Shown: positions 40,627 to 49,268 of the stretch, in pieces | Layout: every line of letters begins with the position of its first letter | Numbering within the stretch: position 1 is the first letter of the stretch | Made by a program: the position numbers and the translations under genes | The notes under the pieces: model-generated | Seen by the model: the letters and a program-made list of their open reading frames with translations, nothing else | Told to the model about the DNA's origin: nothing | The model's database searches: none | Assembly (NCBI GenBank): GCA_963787045.1 | Contig: CAWBBR010000010.1 | Span: forward strand, 7,742 to 71,741 | Direction of reading: 5' to 3' | Source of the DNA: an uncultured Gammaproteobacteria bacterium | GTDB taxonomy: Bacteria; Pseudomonadota; Gammaproteobacteria; Pseudomonadales; Azotimanducaceae | DNA length: 64,000 bases

Positions 40627-41721
40627 ATGAATTTCGGCTTTACCGAAGAACAGGAGCTGCTGCGCGATCAGGTGCGGCGCTTCATGCAGGACGCGTGTCC
40701 GATGAGCGAAGTGCGGACGCTGATGAAGAGCGCCACCGGGACCTCCCCTTCGTTGTGGCGTCAGGCCGCGGAGCTCGGCTGGCTGGGTCTCATCATTCCC
40801 GAACGGTTCGGCGGCATCGGTCTCAAGTGGGTCGACCTTACCGTGGTACTCGAGGAAACCGGACGCGGGCTGTGTCCGCTGCCGATCATTTCGCAGACGC
40901 TCGCCGCGGCAGCGCTGTTGCGCTGCGGTAGCGACGCGCAGAAACAGAAATTACTGCCTGCGCTCGGCGATGGCAGCCGCGTCGGCACGCTCGCGCTGTA
41001 CGACGAACCGAACTGGGTACATCCCGATGCGGTGAAGCTGACGCTGGACGGTGGGCGCCTCAAAGGAACCAAGCCGTTCGTGGCCGACGCCGGCGCCGCG
41101 GATCTGTTCATCGTCGCGTGTCGCAGTGGCGACGAATTCAAGCTGGCGATCGTCGATCGCAACGCGCCCGGCGTCAGCGTGGCGGTGCAGCCGATGATGG
41201 ACGAGACGAAGCGCATCGGTACGTTGACGCTCGACGTCGCGTTGACCGACGCGCAGCTGATGCCGCTCACGGTGGACGATCTCGCGTTCTTGTCCGATTG
41301 CGGCGCCGTCGCGGTGACGGCCGAGTCGGTCGGCGCCGCGGAAGCGGCACTCGCGATCACCACCGCGTACGCGAAGGATCGCATCCAGTTCGGCAGCCCG
41401 ATCGGAAAGTACCAGGGCGTAAAGCACCGGCTGGCCGAGATGTTCGTCGACATCGAGTCGTTCAAGTCTTTGTCGTATTACGCGGCGTGGACGGTGGACG
41501 ATGCACCGGCCGAACTCCCCCGCGCCGCGTCGTTGGCGAAGGCATACGCGAGCGACGCGTTCGCGCGGATCGGCATCGACGGCGTGCAGTTGCATGGCGC
41601 CATCGGCTTTACCGCCGAGTACGACATTCAACTGTTTCTGAAACGATCGAAATGGGCGCGCCCGATGTTCGGCGATTCCGACCACCACTACGAACGCGTC
41701 GCAGCGTTGGGAGGCTTGTAA
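40627..41721 (+). CDS. acyl-CoA dehydrogenase family protein (short, lacks the C-terminal EG..E motif)
   Basis: 364-aa ORF MNFGFTEEQELLRDQVRRF... The C-terminus ..HGAIGFTAEYDIQLFLKRS.. has no xEGxxEI block. Confidence 0.85.
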   Translation: MNFGFTEEQELLRDQVRRFMQDACPMSEVRTLMKSATGTSPSLWRQAAELGWLGLIIPERFGGIGLKWVDLTVVLEETGRGLCPLPIISQTLAAAALLRCGSDAQKQKLLPALGDGSRVGTLALYDEPNWVHPDAVKLTLDGGRLKGTKPFVADAGAADLFIVACRSGDEFKLAIVDRNAPGVSVAVQPMMDETKRIGTLTLDVALTDAQLMPLTVDDLAFLSDCGAVAVTAESVGAAEAALAITTAYAKDRIQFGSPIGKYQGVKHRLAEMFVDIESFKSLSYYAAWTVDDAPAELPRAASLAKAYASDAFARIGIDGVQLHGAIGFTAEYDIQLFLKRSKWARPMFGDSDHHYERVAALGGL

Positions 41722-42899
41722 TGGATTTCGAATTTTCGACGAAAGAGCAGGCGTTTCGCGACGAAGTGCGCGCGTTCATCAAGGACAACCTGCCGCCTGC
41801 GAAGCAGCGCAACAGCGACTTCCTCACCAACTGGCTGACCAAGGTGCGCGAGAAGCGCTGGGTGGGATTCGCGTGGCCGAAGGACGTCGGCGGTGCCGAC
41901 GGCTCCATCGCGGAGCAGGCGATCCTCAAAGAGGAGATGGCACTGGCGAAAGCGCCGCCGCTCGGTACGTCGTTCATGGGTCTCGCGTGGGTCGGCCCGG
42001 GAATCATTCAATACGGCACTCCGGAACAGAAGAAGCGCTTCATCCCCGACATCCTCGATTCGAAAGTCAGCTGGTGCACCGGCTATTCCGAACCGAACTA
42101 CGGCAGCGACCTCGCATCGATCCAGACGAAAGGCGTGCGTCAGGGCGACCATTACCTGGTCAATGGACAGAAGATCTGGACCACCGGCGCGCCGTGGGCC
42201 GACTGGATCATCCTGCTGGTGCGCACCGACTTCGCGCCGAAAGTGAAACACGACGGCATCACCTGCCTGCTCGTGGACATGAAGACGCCCGGCGTGGAAG
42301 TGCGCCCGATCGAGAACATGGCCGGCGACCGCCACTTCGCCGAGGTGTTCTTCACCGACGTCAAGGTGCCGGTTGCGAATCGTCTCGGCGAGGAAGGCAA
42401 AGGCTGGTCGGTAACCGTTTCGGCGCTGGCGAACGAACGCTCCAGCATCGGTGAAGTGACGCAGATGTTCGAAAAGCTCGACACGCTGAAAGCGCTGGTG
42501 AAGAACACACGGCGCAACGGCAAGCCGGCGGCGCAGCACCCGGCGGTACGCCGGAAAATCGCCGAGTTCGACGTGAAGATCGCCGCGATGAAATACAACG
42601 GCTTGCGCTATCTGACGAAACAGCTGAAAGGCGAACCGCTATCGAGCGAGACGTCAGTCAACAAGATGCACCGCGCCAGCCTCGAAGTGGAGATGGACGA
42701 CTTTGCGGTGTCGCTGACGGGTCAGGCCGGTCTCGAACTGAAAGACGGTGCCGAAGCAGTCGATCGCGGCAAATGGGCGAAAGCTTCGCTCAACTGGCCG
42801 AACGTCGTCATCGGCGGCGGCACGCCGAACATTCAGCGCAACATCATCGCGGAGCGAATTCTGGGATTGCCGAAAGACGCCAGCGACAATTCGTTTTAA
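41721..42899 (+). CDS. acyl-CoA dehydrogenase family protein
   Basis: ATG at 41721 shares 1 nt with the previous stop (TAATG). MDFEFSTKEQAFRDEV.., GQKIWTTGA, C-terminal IGGGTPNIQRNIIAERILGLP. Confidence 0.9.
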   Translation: MDFEFSTKEQAFRDEVRAFIKDNLPPAKQRNSDFLTNWLTKVREKRWVGFAWPKDVGGADGSIAEQAILKEEMALAKAPPLGTSFMGLAWVGPGIIQYGTPEQKKRFIPDILDSKVSWCTGYSEPNYGSDLASIQTKGVRQGDHYLVNGQKIWTTGAPWADWIILLVRTDFAPKVKHDGITCLLVDMKTPGVEVRPIENMAGDRHFAEVFFTDVKVPVANRLGEEGKGWSVTVSALANERSSIGEVTQMFEKLDTLKALVKNTRRNGKPAAQHPAVRRKIAEFDVKIAAMKYNGLRYLTKQLKGEPLSSETSVNKMHRASLEVEMDDFAVSLTGQAGLELKDGAEAVDRGKWAKASLNWPNVVIGGGTPNIQRNIIAERILGLPKDASDNSF

Positions 42900-43648
42900 C
42901 GAGCTGGTTCCACCAATTCGGATGAGGGGAGCATCTTCTCGGCGTTCGCGCATCGCGACTGAACGTCGTGCGCTTCCAGATACGGCAACAGTTCCGCGTA
43001 GTTTTCGATCAGTTCACCGTATCCTCGATCGACTGTCTTTCTGAGACTGATACTGCGGGGCTCGAATGGTCCCAGGCCGAGGAACCTCGACAGCTTTTCT
43101 GCCGTCGATGCCCAGTTTCCCTCGTGCTCGAGATCGTCTTCGTAGCACACGTCTAGATGGCGAATGTGCTTGATCAGATCCATTTCCCTCGACCGCCACC
43201 GATCTCGAATCGCGATCTCGCGCTGCAGTTGTGCCACGCTGACAACGATACGATTCGCGGGCGACGCATCGTCACCGCGGCGATGCCAACGTTGCGTGCG
43301 TTCGGCGATGATGTTCGACAGCGACTGACGCGCGATATTCCTCCGGTAAACGTGTATGAACTTCCACCCGCCGAATGCCATGACCTTCATCATCAGGCGC
43401 GCGCGCGGCAGGTGATAGAACAGCAGTTTGAATCCGTAGGCCTTCCTCGCCACGCGACGCCGAAGATAGTTGAGATACGGTATAGGAAACATCTTGACGA
43501 ACTTGGACAACGCACCGTGGCCGATTCGACCGGCCTCTTCGTTGAACAGTTCTCCGTCACAGTGGACGTCCGGGTGTGTATTGATCAACTCCACGAGAAG
43601 CGTGCTGCCCGACCGTGATTGTCCATAGATTACGAACTTTCCAGACAT
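42896..43648 (-). CDS. sulfotransferase family protein
   Basis: ATG at 43648 (1-nt overlap, TGATG, with the upstream stop). MSGKFVIYGQSRSGSTLLVELI matches a PAPS 5'-phosphosulfate-binding-loop-like motif. 250 aa. Confidence 0.7.
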   Translation of the reverse strand: MSGKFVIYGQSRSGSTLLVELINTHPDVHCDGELFNEEAGRIGHGALSKFVKMFPIPYLNYLRRRVARKAYGFKLLFYHLPRARLMMKVMAFGGWKFIHVYRRNIARQSLSNIIAERTQRWHRRGDDASPANRIVVSVAQLQREIAIRDRWRSREMDLIKHIRHLDVCYEDDLEHEGNWASTAEKLSRFLGLGPFEPRSISLRKTVDRGYGELIENYAELLPYLEAHDVQSRCANAEKMLPSSELVEPAR

Positions 43649-44868
43649 CACTTCGTCCAGGGAATAGCAGTCCGACGTGCCAGCTTCCAAGCTGGAATCA
43701 AAAGGTAGTCGTGAAGGGGCACGGCCACGCGATAAAGCGGGTGCAACCACTTGGGCAGCGGCAGGCGCTCCATATGCAGTACAGACGGTGTAGTAGTGGT
43801 GCGCCAGAAATAGCGCCAACGATCGATGAGGCGCTCGCGCTGGCGAAACAGCATCGGCGAGAAGATGCTCGGAGAATCCGGCAAAAAGCGTCGCTGTCCA
43901 GGTGCGATTCTCCACGAGTTCACAACCGCGAGTGAGAGACGTGCAACGTCGCGGTCCGATCGAATCGTCGCACACAGATCGCTCGGTACATCGGCGCCCA
44001 ACAGTTCGGCCGCGAGAAATAGGCCAAGGTGAAGGATGCGGACTGTGCCCGTCTTCCGGGCCATTTCAGTCACCGCGGACCAATCGACGTCACGATGTGT
44101 CCTCATGCACTCCGCAACGTCGCACACCATCTGCAACCGCTCCCAACGGCCTTTTGCACCGACGAGGCAATGCACCAGCAATGCATCTTCGGGGCCGAAC
44201 ACTCTCAGTGCGACACCGTTGAAGTTCCAGCGACCTGAACGTTGCCAGAATCCTTCGTAGTCCACCTCGAATGGATAGCGCTTCCCAGTCAACGACCAGT
44301 GAGGCTCCAGCGAAAATGCGCCGCGATGCAGCACGAACTCCTTGAACTCGGCGACGAAGTGATCGAACTGATCTGTCGTGAATTCACTCGAGTTGGCGTA
44401 GCCATCATCCTCCAACAGATCCAGGATCCGGGCCACATCACGGCGCCGTACCAGGAAGTCGAGGTCATTGAAGTTTCGCAGCGCAACCGAGCCGTAGAAT
44501 TGTCCCGCAGCCACGGCACCCTTGTAGTTGATTATCTCGATCGATTGACTTTCGAACAGCTGAAACAGCCGCACGAGTTCGATCGCGAAAAGCTCGCTCT
44601 TCCAGGTGGTGATGCGCGAGCGAACGCGCATCGTCTCCATCACTCTCGTCGGAACGTCTGCGACTTTGATGGAGTTCAAGCTACGCAACACGAGCGGCGC
44701 GACATAGTGTCGCTCCAGCCGCGCGAGAAAATCCGGCCAGTCGAAGCCTCCGCGAATCAGCGACTCGATTCGCGCGGACTCTTCCGATCCAAACGTCGAT
44801 CGGGCGGCCAGGCAAATGCAGGCGAGTTCAGGCCCACACTCGGTAATCAGCAGACCCAAGGAACTCAC
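43648..44868 (-). CDS. uncharacterised nucleotidyltransferase (NTP_transf_5-like)
   Basis: 406 aa; GTG start overlaps the upstream stop (GTGA). INYKGAVAAGQFYG...RNFNDLDFLV...LEDDGY resembles the PF14907-type core as I remember it. Confidence 0.65.
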   Translation of the reverse strand: MSSLGLLITECGPELACICLAARSTFGSEESARIESLIRGGFDWPDFLARLERHYVAPLVLRSLNSIKVADVPTRVMETMRVRSRITTWKSELFAIELVRLFQLFESQSIEIINYKGAVAAGQFYGSVALRNFNDLDFLVRRRDVARILDLLEDDGYANSSEFTTDQFDHFVAEFKEFVLHRGAFSLEPHWSLTGKRYPFEVDYEGFWQRSGRWNFNGVALRVFGPEDALLVHCLVGAKGRWERLQMVCDVAECMRTHRDVDWSAVTEMARKTGTVRILHLGLFLAAELLGADVPSDLCATIRSDRDVARLSLAVVNSWRIAPGQRRFLPDSPSIFSPMLFRQRERLIDRWRYFWRTTTTPSVLHMERLPLPKWLHPLYRVAVPLHDYLLIPAWKLARRTAIPWTK

Positions 44869-46097
44869 CTCTCCGCGTTACCGTTTGCGATCGCGCGATT
44901 CCGCCATCGTGTAAGCGAACGGCTCAGCATCGACGCGCCGAAATTCAGCGCGCGCGTCAGATAGTAGTGCGGCAATTTCCACAGCGGTGCGTTGTACCTC
45001 CAGCTCATGTATCGGGACGAAGGCAGCACCATGAATCTCACGAAACCGAGCGCAGTACTCCAGTTCGCCTGCGCCCATCCGTATGCCTTGCGCGGTGAAG
45101 CCGAGGTGTGAAGGATCGCTCCAAAGAGAGCCTCTCTTTGAACCGCATTCAAGGGACTACGATCGGCAAGTTCACTCAGCGTAGTTTCAGGTATTCGCGC
45201 ACCCAGGTTCTGCTTCATCCAGCGAAGGAACACCAGGAGTGGCAGCCCCAACCCCGAGCGCGTCGCCGTTTGCACGACAACGTTCCATGCGATAGCGGGG
45301 TTACGCTCGACAAGGTAGAACGCATCGCAGGCCCAACGCAAATTGGATCGAGACCGCGAGTAGATTGCATGGCCGAGCACGTGCACCAGACAGTCTTCAG
45401 GCGACAATATCTGTGCGCCACGCGCACCAAGCCCTACGGTTCGGAGCCTCCCGACGAACTCCTCGAGGGGCAGATCGAAATGCGGCAGATACAAAGGCTT
45501 CGAGTGCAACGCCAACGGGAGGCCGGTGACGTGACGAAGGGATCTATGCCAGGCATCGCCGGAGCCTGCTTGTTCAGCTGCGAATCGTCCTGACGACAGC
45601 ACCGTGCCCGCATGCCGCATCTGTGATGCCTCGATCCACAGATCGATCGCGTGGTTGTGTCGGCGTGAAGGCTGCGGATATGCACTTGCGGATACCGCGC
45701 CGCCCTTCAGCAATACACACGATACTCCGCTCCCATCGAGAGCATCGAGCGCCTCGCAAAGTATCTCCAGATAGATCCGGTTGCGCAGAGCTTCTCGTAC
45801 CGAAGCGACTCGAGCGTACGTATGGAAACTCCGGCCCGCATCGATGCCCAGTTCGGTCAATCGTGATTCGACGAGCGGGAGCATTCCCTTGAGCCCGGTG
45901 CCATTGAGTTCGAAGAATCGCTTCGGATCGCCAACGGCAGCGACGAAGTCGCGCCACGCCTCCGATGCGGTGTCTGGCACACACATGCATGCTGCCAACA
46001 ACAAACCGTGGGTGTGGGGGGGCAGCGCGTTCCGCAGCATGATGTCGTAGCGGGACGTTTCGGAAGACTTTGGGGACGAGCGTCGCCTCTTATTCAT
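44865..46097 (-). CDS. uncharacterised nucleotidyltransferase (NTP_transf_5-like), divergent paralogue
   Basis: 410 aa; ATG overlaps the GT2 stop (ATGA). VLLKGGAVSASAYP...HAIDLWI... has the same architecture as the neighbour but a degenerate core motif. Confidence 0.6.
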   Translation of the reverse strand: MNKRRRSSPKSSETSRYDIMLRNALPPHTHGLLLAACMCVPDTASEAWRDFVAAVGDPKRFFELNGTGLKGMLPLVESRLTELGIDAGRSFHTYARVASVREALRNRIYLEILCEALDALDGSGVSCVLLKGGAVSASAYPQPSRRHNHAIDLWIEASQMRHAGTVLSSGRFAAEQAGSGDAWHRSLRHVTGLPLALHSKPLYLPHFDLPLEEFVGRLRTVGLGARGAQILSPEDCLVHVLGHAIYSRSRSNLRWACDAFYLVERNPAIAWNVVVQTATRSGLGLPLLVFLRWMKQNLGARIPETTLSELADRSPLNAVQREALFGAILHTSASPRKAYGWAQANWSTALGFVRFMVLPSSRYMSWRYNAPLWKLPHYYLTRALNFGASMLSRSLTRWRNRAIANGNAER

Positions 46098-46774
46098 GTT
46101 CTAGATTGCCGGCGACGTGCAATACGCGCTCGTGCAATCGCGAGCAGTTCGAGTTCACCTTCGGCATTGCGATAGTGGCTCATGTTCGCGTCATGAATGC
46201 GCCGATCCACGAGGACATCTGGCAGTGATTCGACCACGCGACCCGCGTCCGTGGCTCGGAGCACGAATTCATGAAGATCGCGGTGCCTCAACGATGGGTC
46301 AAGCAAGCCGATCTCGGCAAACAGCGACCGGCGCGCGACAAACGACGAACCAAGGTTGGGCTCTGGTGCAGCGTTAAATGGAAGACTGGCGTCTGCATCG
46401 GTAGAAACGAAATTGCACATATGCCCGGAGCAGATCGACAACGTCGGGTTCGCATCGAACCGTGCAACCTGTACCGCGATTTTGTCCGGTCGCCATATGT
46501 CGTCCGCGTCGAGAAAAGCGACCAAGTCGCCTGACGAACGATTCACTCCTGCATTCCGTGCGCTCGATGGCCCCGCGTTGGGTTGATATACATATACGAC
46601 ACGCGAGCCGAAAGTCTCCGCGACACCTTTGGTCGCATCAGTCGATCCGTCGTCGACGATGATGATTTCGAATACTGGGTAACCCTGCGAACACGCGGAC
46701 GAGATCGCTTCTGCGAGATACCGTTCGCCGTTGAAGACGGGGATGACACAGCTCACGCGAGTGGTTGTTCGCAT
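46094..46774 (-). CDS. family 2 glycosyltransferase
   Basis: ATG at 46774 gives MRTTTRVSCVIPVFNGERYLAEAISS...IIVDDGSTD...FLDADD. 226 aa. Confidence 0.85.
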   Translation of the reverse strand: MRTTTRVSCVIPVFNGERYLAEAISSACSQGYPVFEIIIVDDGSTDATKGVAETFGSRVVYVYQPNAGPSSARNAGVNRSSGDLVAFLDADDIWRPDKIAVQVARFDANPTLSICSGHMCNFVSTDADASLPFNAAPEPNLGSSFVARRSLFAEIGLLDPSLRHRDLHEFVLRATDAGRVVESLPDVLVDRRIHDANMSHYRNAEGELELLAIARARIARRRQSRT

Positions 46775-46796
46775 GCGTGGTACTGTGCCGCACCAG

Positions 46797-46825
46797 TTAC
46801 AGGAAAGACGAGAAGTCTTTGTAAT
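46797..46825 (+). promoter_or_regulatory. weak candidate promoter in the 63-bp divergent intergenic region
   Basis: TTACAG, 17 nt, then TGTAAT. This would leave almost no leader before ATG 46838, so it is doubtful. Confidence 0.2.
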
Positions 46826-46837
46826 GTGTTGGTAATC

Positions 46838-48029
46838 ATGGGGGACCGCCGGTTCCGTTTTGTGACAGACTCCCGTTGGACTATCAACGGGTCCTTCGCG
46901 ATGCCTCCCGTGGCGCATGATCCAAATGGCCAGATTCTCGCGCCCGCGCAGGTCCCCTTTATGGGATTGGTCAGTTGCTTCGAGCGCGCGGCGGCAGCGC
47001 AACGCATTGATCAGTTTTGCCTGGCGATCGCAGGGCACGCAGTACGCGTGCGCGTCGTTGGTCAGGAGTGGGCGCACATCGTTGCGGCCGCGATGGGTCA
47101 TCTGCGAACCGACGATCGTTACTTTCGGCCCGATCTCACCATCGACGTCTGGGATGTCCACGCGACCGGCGTGCGCACCCTCGTCACAACGCGCATCTCG
47201 TGCACCGGCGCCACCAGTGCTGATGAAGAGTTCCGAAGACGGTTTCTTCATTGGTGAAGAACGACATCACGGTATGACGTGGCTGGATCGGCGCGGCAAC
47301 CGAATCGTCGGCTTTGCCGATAGCGTCTCGCGCCTCAACCTGGATGAAAGGGCGAGGCCGTTCCACAAGATGCTCTCTGCATGGCTCGAAGACCGCGGCG
47401 CACAATTCATTCATGCGGGCCTCGTCCGGCATCGCGACAAAGGCATCCTCTTCGTAGGAAACGGGGGCGCAGGAAAGTCCACGTCCTCGATCGCCTGCCT
47501 GCGCGCCGGAATGGGATATCTTGGCGATGACTTCATCGGGCTTGGCGCCGAGGATGGCCACTTCATCGGTCATGGCCTCTATGCGTCGTGTTTGCTCGAC
47601 ATGCACCACATCACTCGCTTCCCGGATCTTCGACGTCTCGGACACGCGCCGAACTACCCACATGAAGAAAAGTACGTGCTTTACCTAACCGAAGCGTTTT
47701 CCGACCGGCTTCTCACCCGCAGCGGCATCGATGCAATCGCGCTGCCGCGCGTTGTCAATTCCGAACTCACCACGTTTCGACCGGCCACCCAAGCTGAAAC
47801 ACTGAGGGCTATTGCGCCGACATCGGTCATGTATCTGCCACGGCCCACTCGTGCTGCTTTCGAGCGCCTGGTCAAGCTCGTGCAGGTCACGCCGAGTTAC
47901 TGGCTGGAACTGGGCCGTCGCGTCGATCTCATTCCGGATGTGGTGCGCGACCTCGCGGATCGCATCGACGACCATCGGAGCGAAACACACTCCCCAGGTA
48001 TCCCTTCCACCGCATTGCGAGAGGCGTAG
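46838..48029 (+). pseudogene. HPr-kinase-like P-loop protein (HprK-related kinase), apparent 1-nt frameshift at ~47170-47235, or alternatively two overlapping ORFs
   Basis: The C-terminal part (ORF 46917..48029 frame) has GILFVGNGGAGKSTSSIACLRAGMGYLGDDF, like the HprK P-loop/DD region. An N-domain-like 130 aa (MGDRRFRFVTDSRW..LAIAGHAVRVRV..PDLTIDVWDV) reads in the frame of ORF 46583..47257. Confidence 0.65.
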
Positions 48030-48031
48030 CC

Positions 48032-48466
48032 ATGCTGTCGTTATCGAGCTATCTGGCACCCAATGAACAACAGGTAGCCGCAAAGGTCATGGATGGGGAA
48101 GCCATCCTCATCAACCTTGCGACGGGCACGTACTACAGTATGCCCGGGACCGGTGGCTTCATCTGGTCCTTGATCGAACGAAAGATATCCCTCAACGATA
48201 TCGTTAGTGCACTGGCGACCAAGTACGATGCCGACCGCCAACAACTCGAAGCCGACGCAGCACGGCTGTGCCAGGAACTCAGTGACGAAGGATTGTTGAC
48301 CATCGCCTCGATAGGGAACAGCGACGAACCGTTCGTTTCGGATTCAGACGGTCGTGAGCCCTATCAGTCTCCGACGCTCGAGAAATTCACCGACATGGCG
48401 GAAATGTTTGCACTGGACCCACCGCTCCCTGGGCTTGGTGCCAACGGTCCGGCGAAACGCACTTGA
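48032..48466 (+). CDS. PqqD-family (RRE-like) protein with 54-aa C-terminal extension
   Basis: Residues ~8-90 (VAAKVMDGEAILINLATGTYYSMPGTGGFIWSLIE...IVSALATKYD..QLEADAARLCQELSDEGLL) match the PqqD/RRE pattern. The ATG lies 2 nt after the kinase stop. Confidence 0.8.
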   Translation: MLSLSSYLAPNEQQVAAKVMDGEAILINLATGTYYSMPGTGGFIWSLIERKISLNDIVSALATKYDADRQQLEADAARLCQELSDEGLLTIASIGNSDEPFVSDSDGREPYQSPTLEKFTDMAEMFALDPPLPGLGANGPAKRT

Positions 48467-48484
48467 GCCGCGCCCGCGCGAAGC

Positions 48485-49186
48485 ATGATGCGACCTAAGA
48501 TCAGCTGCATCATTCCCGTCTACAACGCGGCGGAGTATCTCGCCGAAGCATTGGACAGCGTACTTGCGCAAACCGTTGTTCCTGACGAGATCATTCTTAT
48601 CGACGACGGTTCCACCGACGACCCGCAGAAGGTCGTTAACCCGTATCAAAGGCACGTCCACCTGGTGCATCAGGAAAACCGCGGGCCTGCCGCGGCGCGC
48701 AACCATGGTCTACGGTTGGCGACGGGAGATCTGATCACGTTCCTGGATGCAGACGACGTATGGGCGCCAGAGAAGACGGCGCGCCAATGCGAAGCCTTGG
48801 CGAACGGGCCGGAACTCTCGATCTGCATCACTCACGCACAGAACTTCTGGCAACCCGAATTGGCGCATGAGCGGGAACATCTGGATCAGCGATACGCGGA
48901 ACCGCACCCCGGTTACGTATGTCAATGCCTGATGGCGCGGCGTGGCGTGTTCGATCGGATTGGCGTGTTCGACGAGTCGCTACGGGTCAGCGAAGATACG
49001 GATTGGTTTGCGCGGGCAGAGCGCGCAGGCATCGACAAATTGATCCTGCCGGACGTGCTGGTACACCGTCGCTTGCACAGTACCAACACTAGCTACGCAC
49101 TCTACGATTCGGCGGCCGCACGCGAGAGCATCCTCGAAGTGGCACTTCGCAATCTGCGCCACAAGCGAGGAAACGAGTCGACCTGA
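48485..49186 (+). CDS. family 2 glycosyltransferase (paralogue of 46094..46774)
   Basis: MMRPKISCIIPVYNAAEYLAEALDS..ILIDDGSTD..FLDADD..ED. 233 aa. Confidence 0.9.
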   Translation: MMRPKISCIIPVYNAAEYLAEALDSVLAQTVVPDEIILIDDGSTDDPQKVVNPYQRHVHLVHQENRGPAAARNHGLRLATGDLITFLDADDVWAPEKTARQCEALANGPELSICITHAQNFWQPELAHEREHLDQRYAEPHPGYVCQCLMARRGVFDRIGVFDESLRVSEDTDWFARAERAGIDKLILPDVLVHRRLHSTNTSYALYDSAAARESILEVALRNLRHKRGNEST

Positions 49187-49268
49187 TCGTCGGGTGTCTG
49201 CCGATGATCGCGTGCTTCGGTGCTGACAACTCATCCAGATAGAGTCCTCGAGCCTTCTCTCGCGTATT

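Noticed and set aside
44242-44964. 240-aa ORF antisense to the first nucleotidyltransferase-like gene
   Set aside because: No recognisable motifs. It is fully embedded opposite a gene with coupled start/stop overlaps, so it is likely spurious.
46753-47251. The upstream part of ORF 46094..47251 (385 aa), considered as an N-terminal extension of the first GT2
   Set aside because: The GT2 family N-terminus (MxxxxVSxVIPxxN) starts at ATG 46774. The extension overlaps the HprK-like N-domain on the other strand and has no motif support.
49204-49242. 12-codon ORF (MIACFGADNSSR*) just after the second GT2, considered as a possible precursor peptide
   Set aside because: It has no convincing RBS, is far too short for a leader plus core, and lies within the decayed integrase trace. 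No supporting feature was found.
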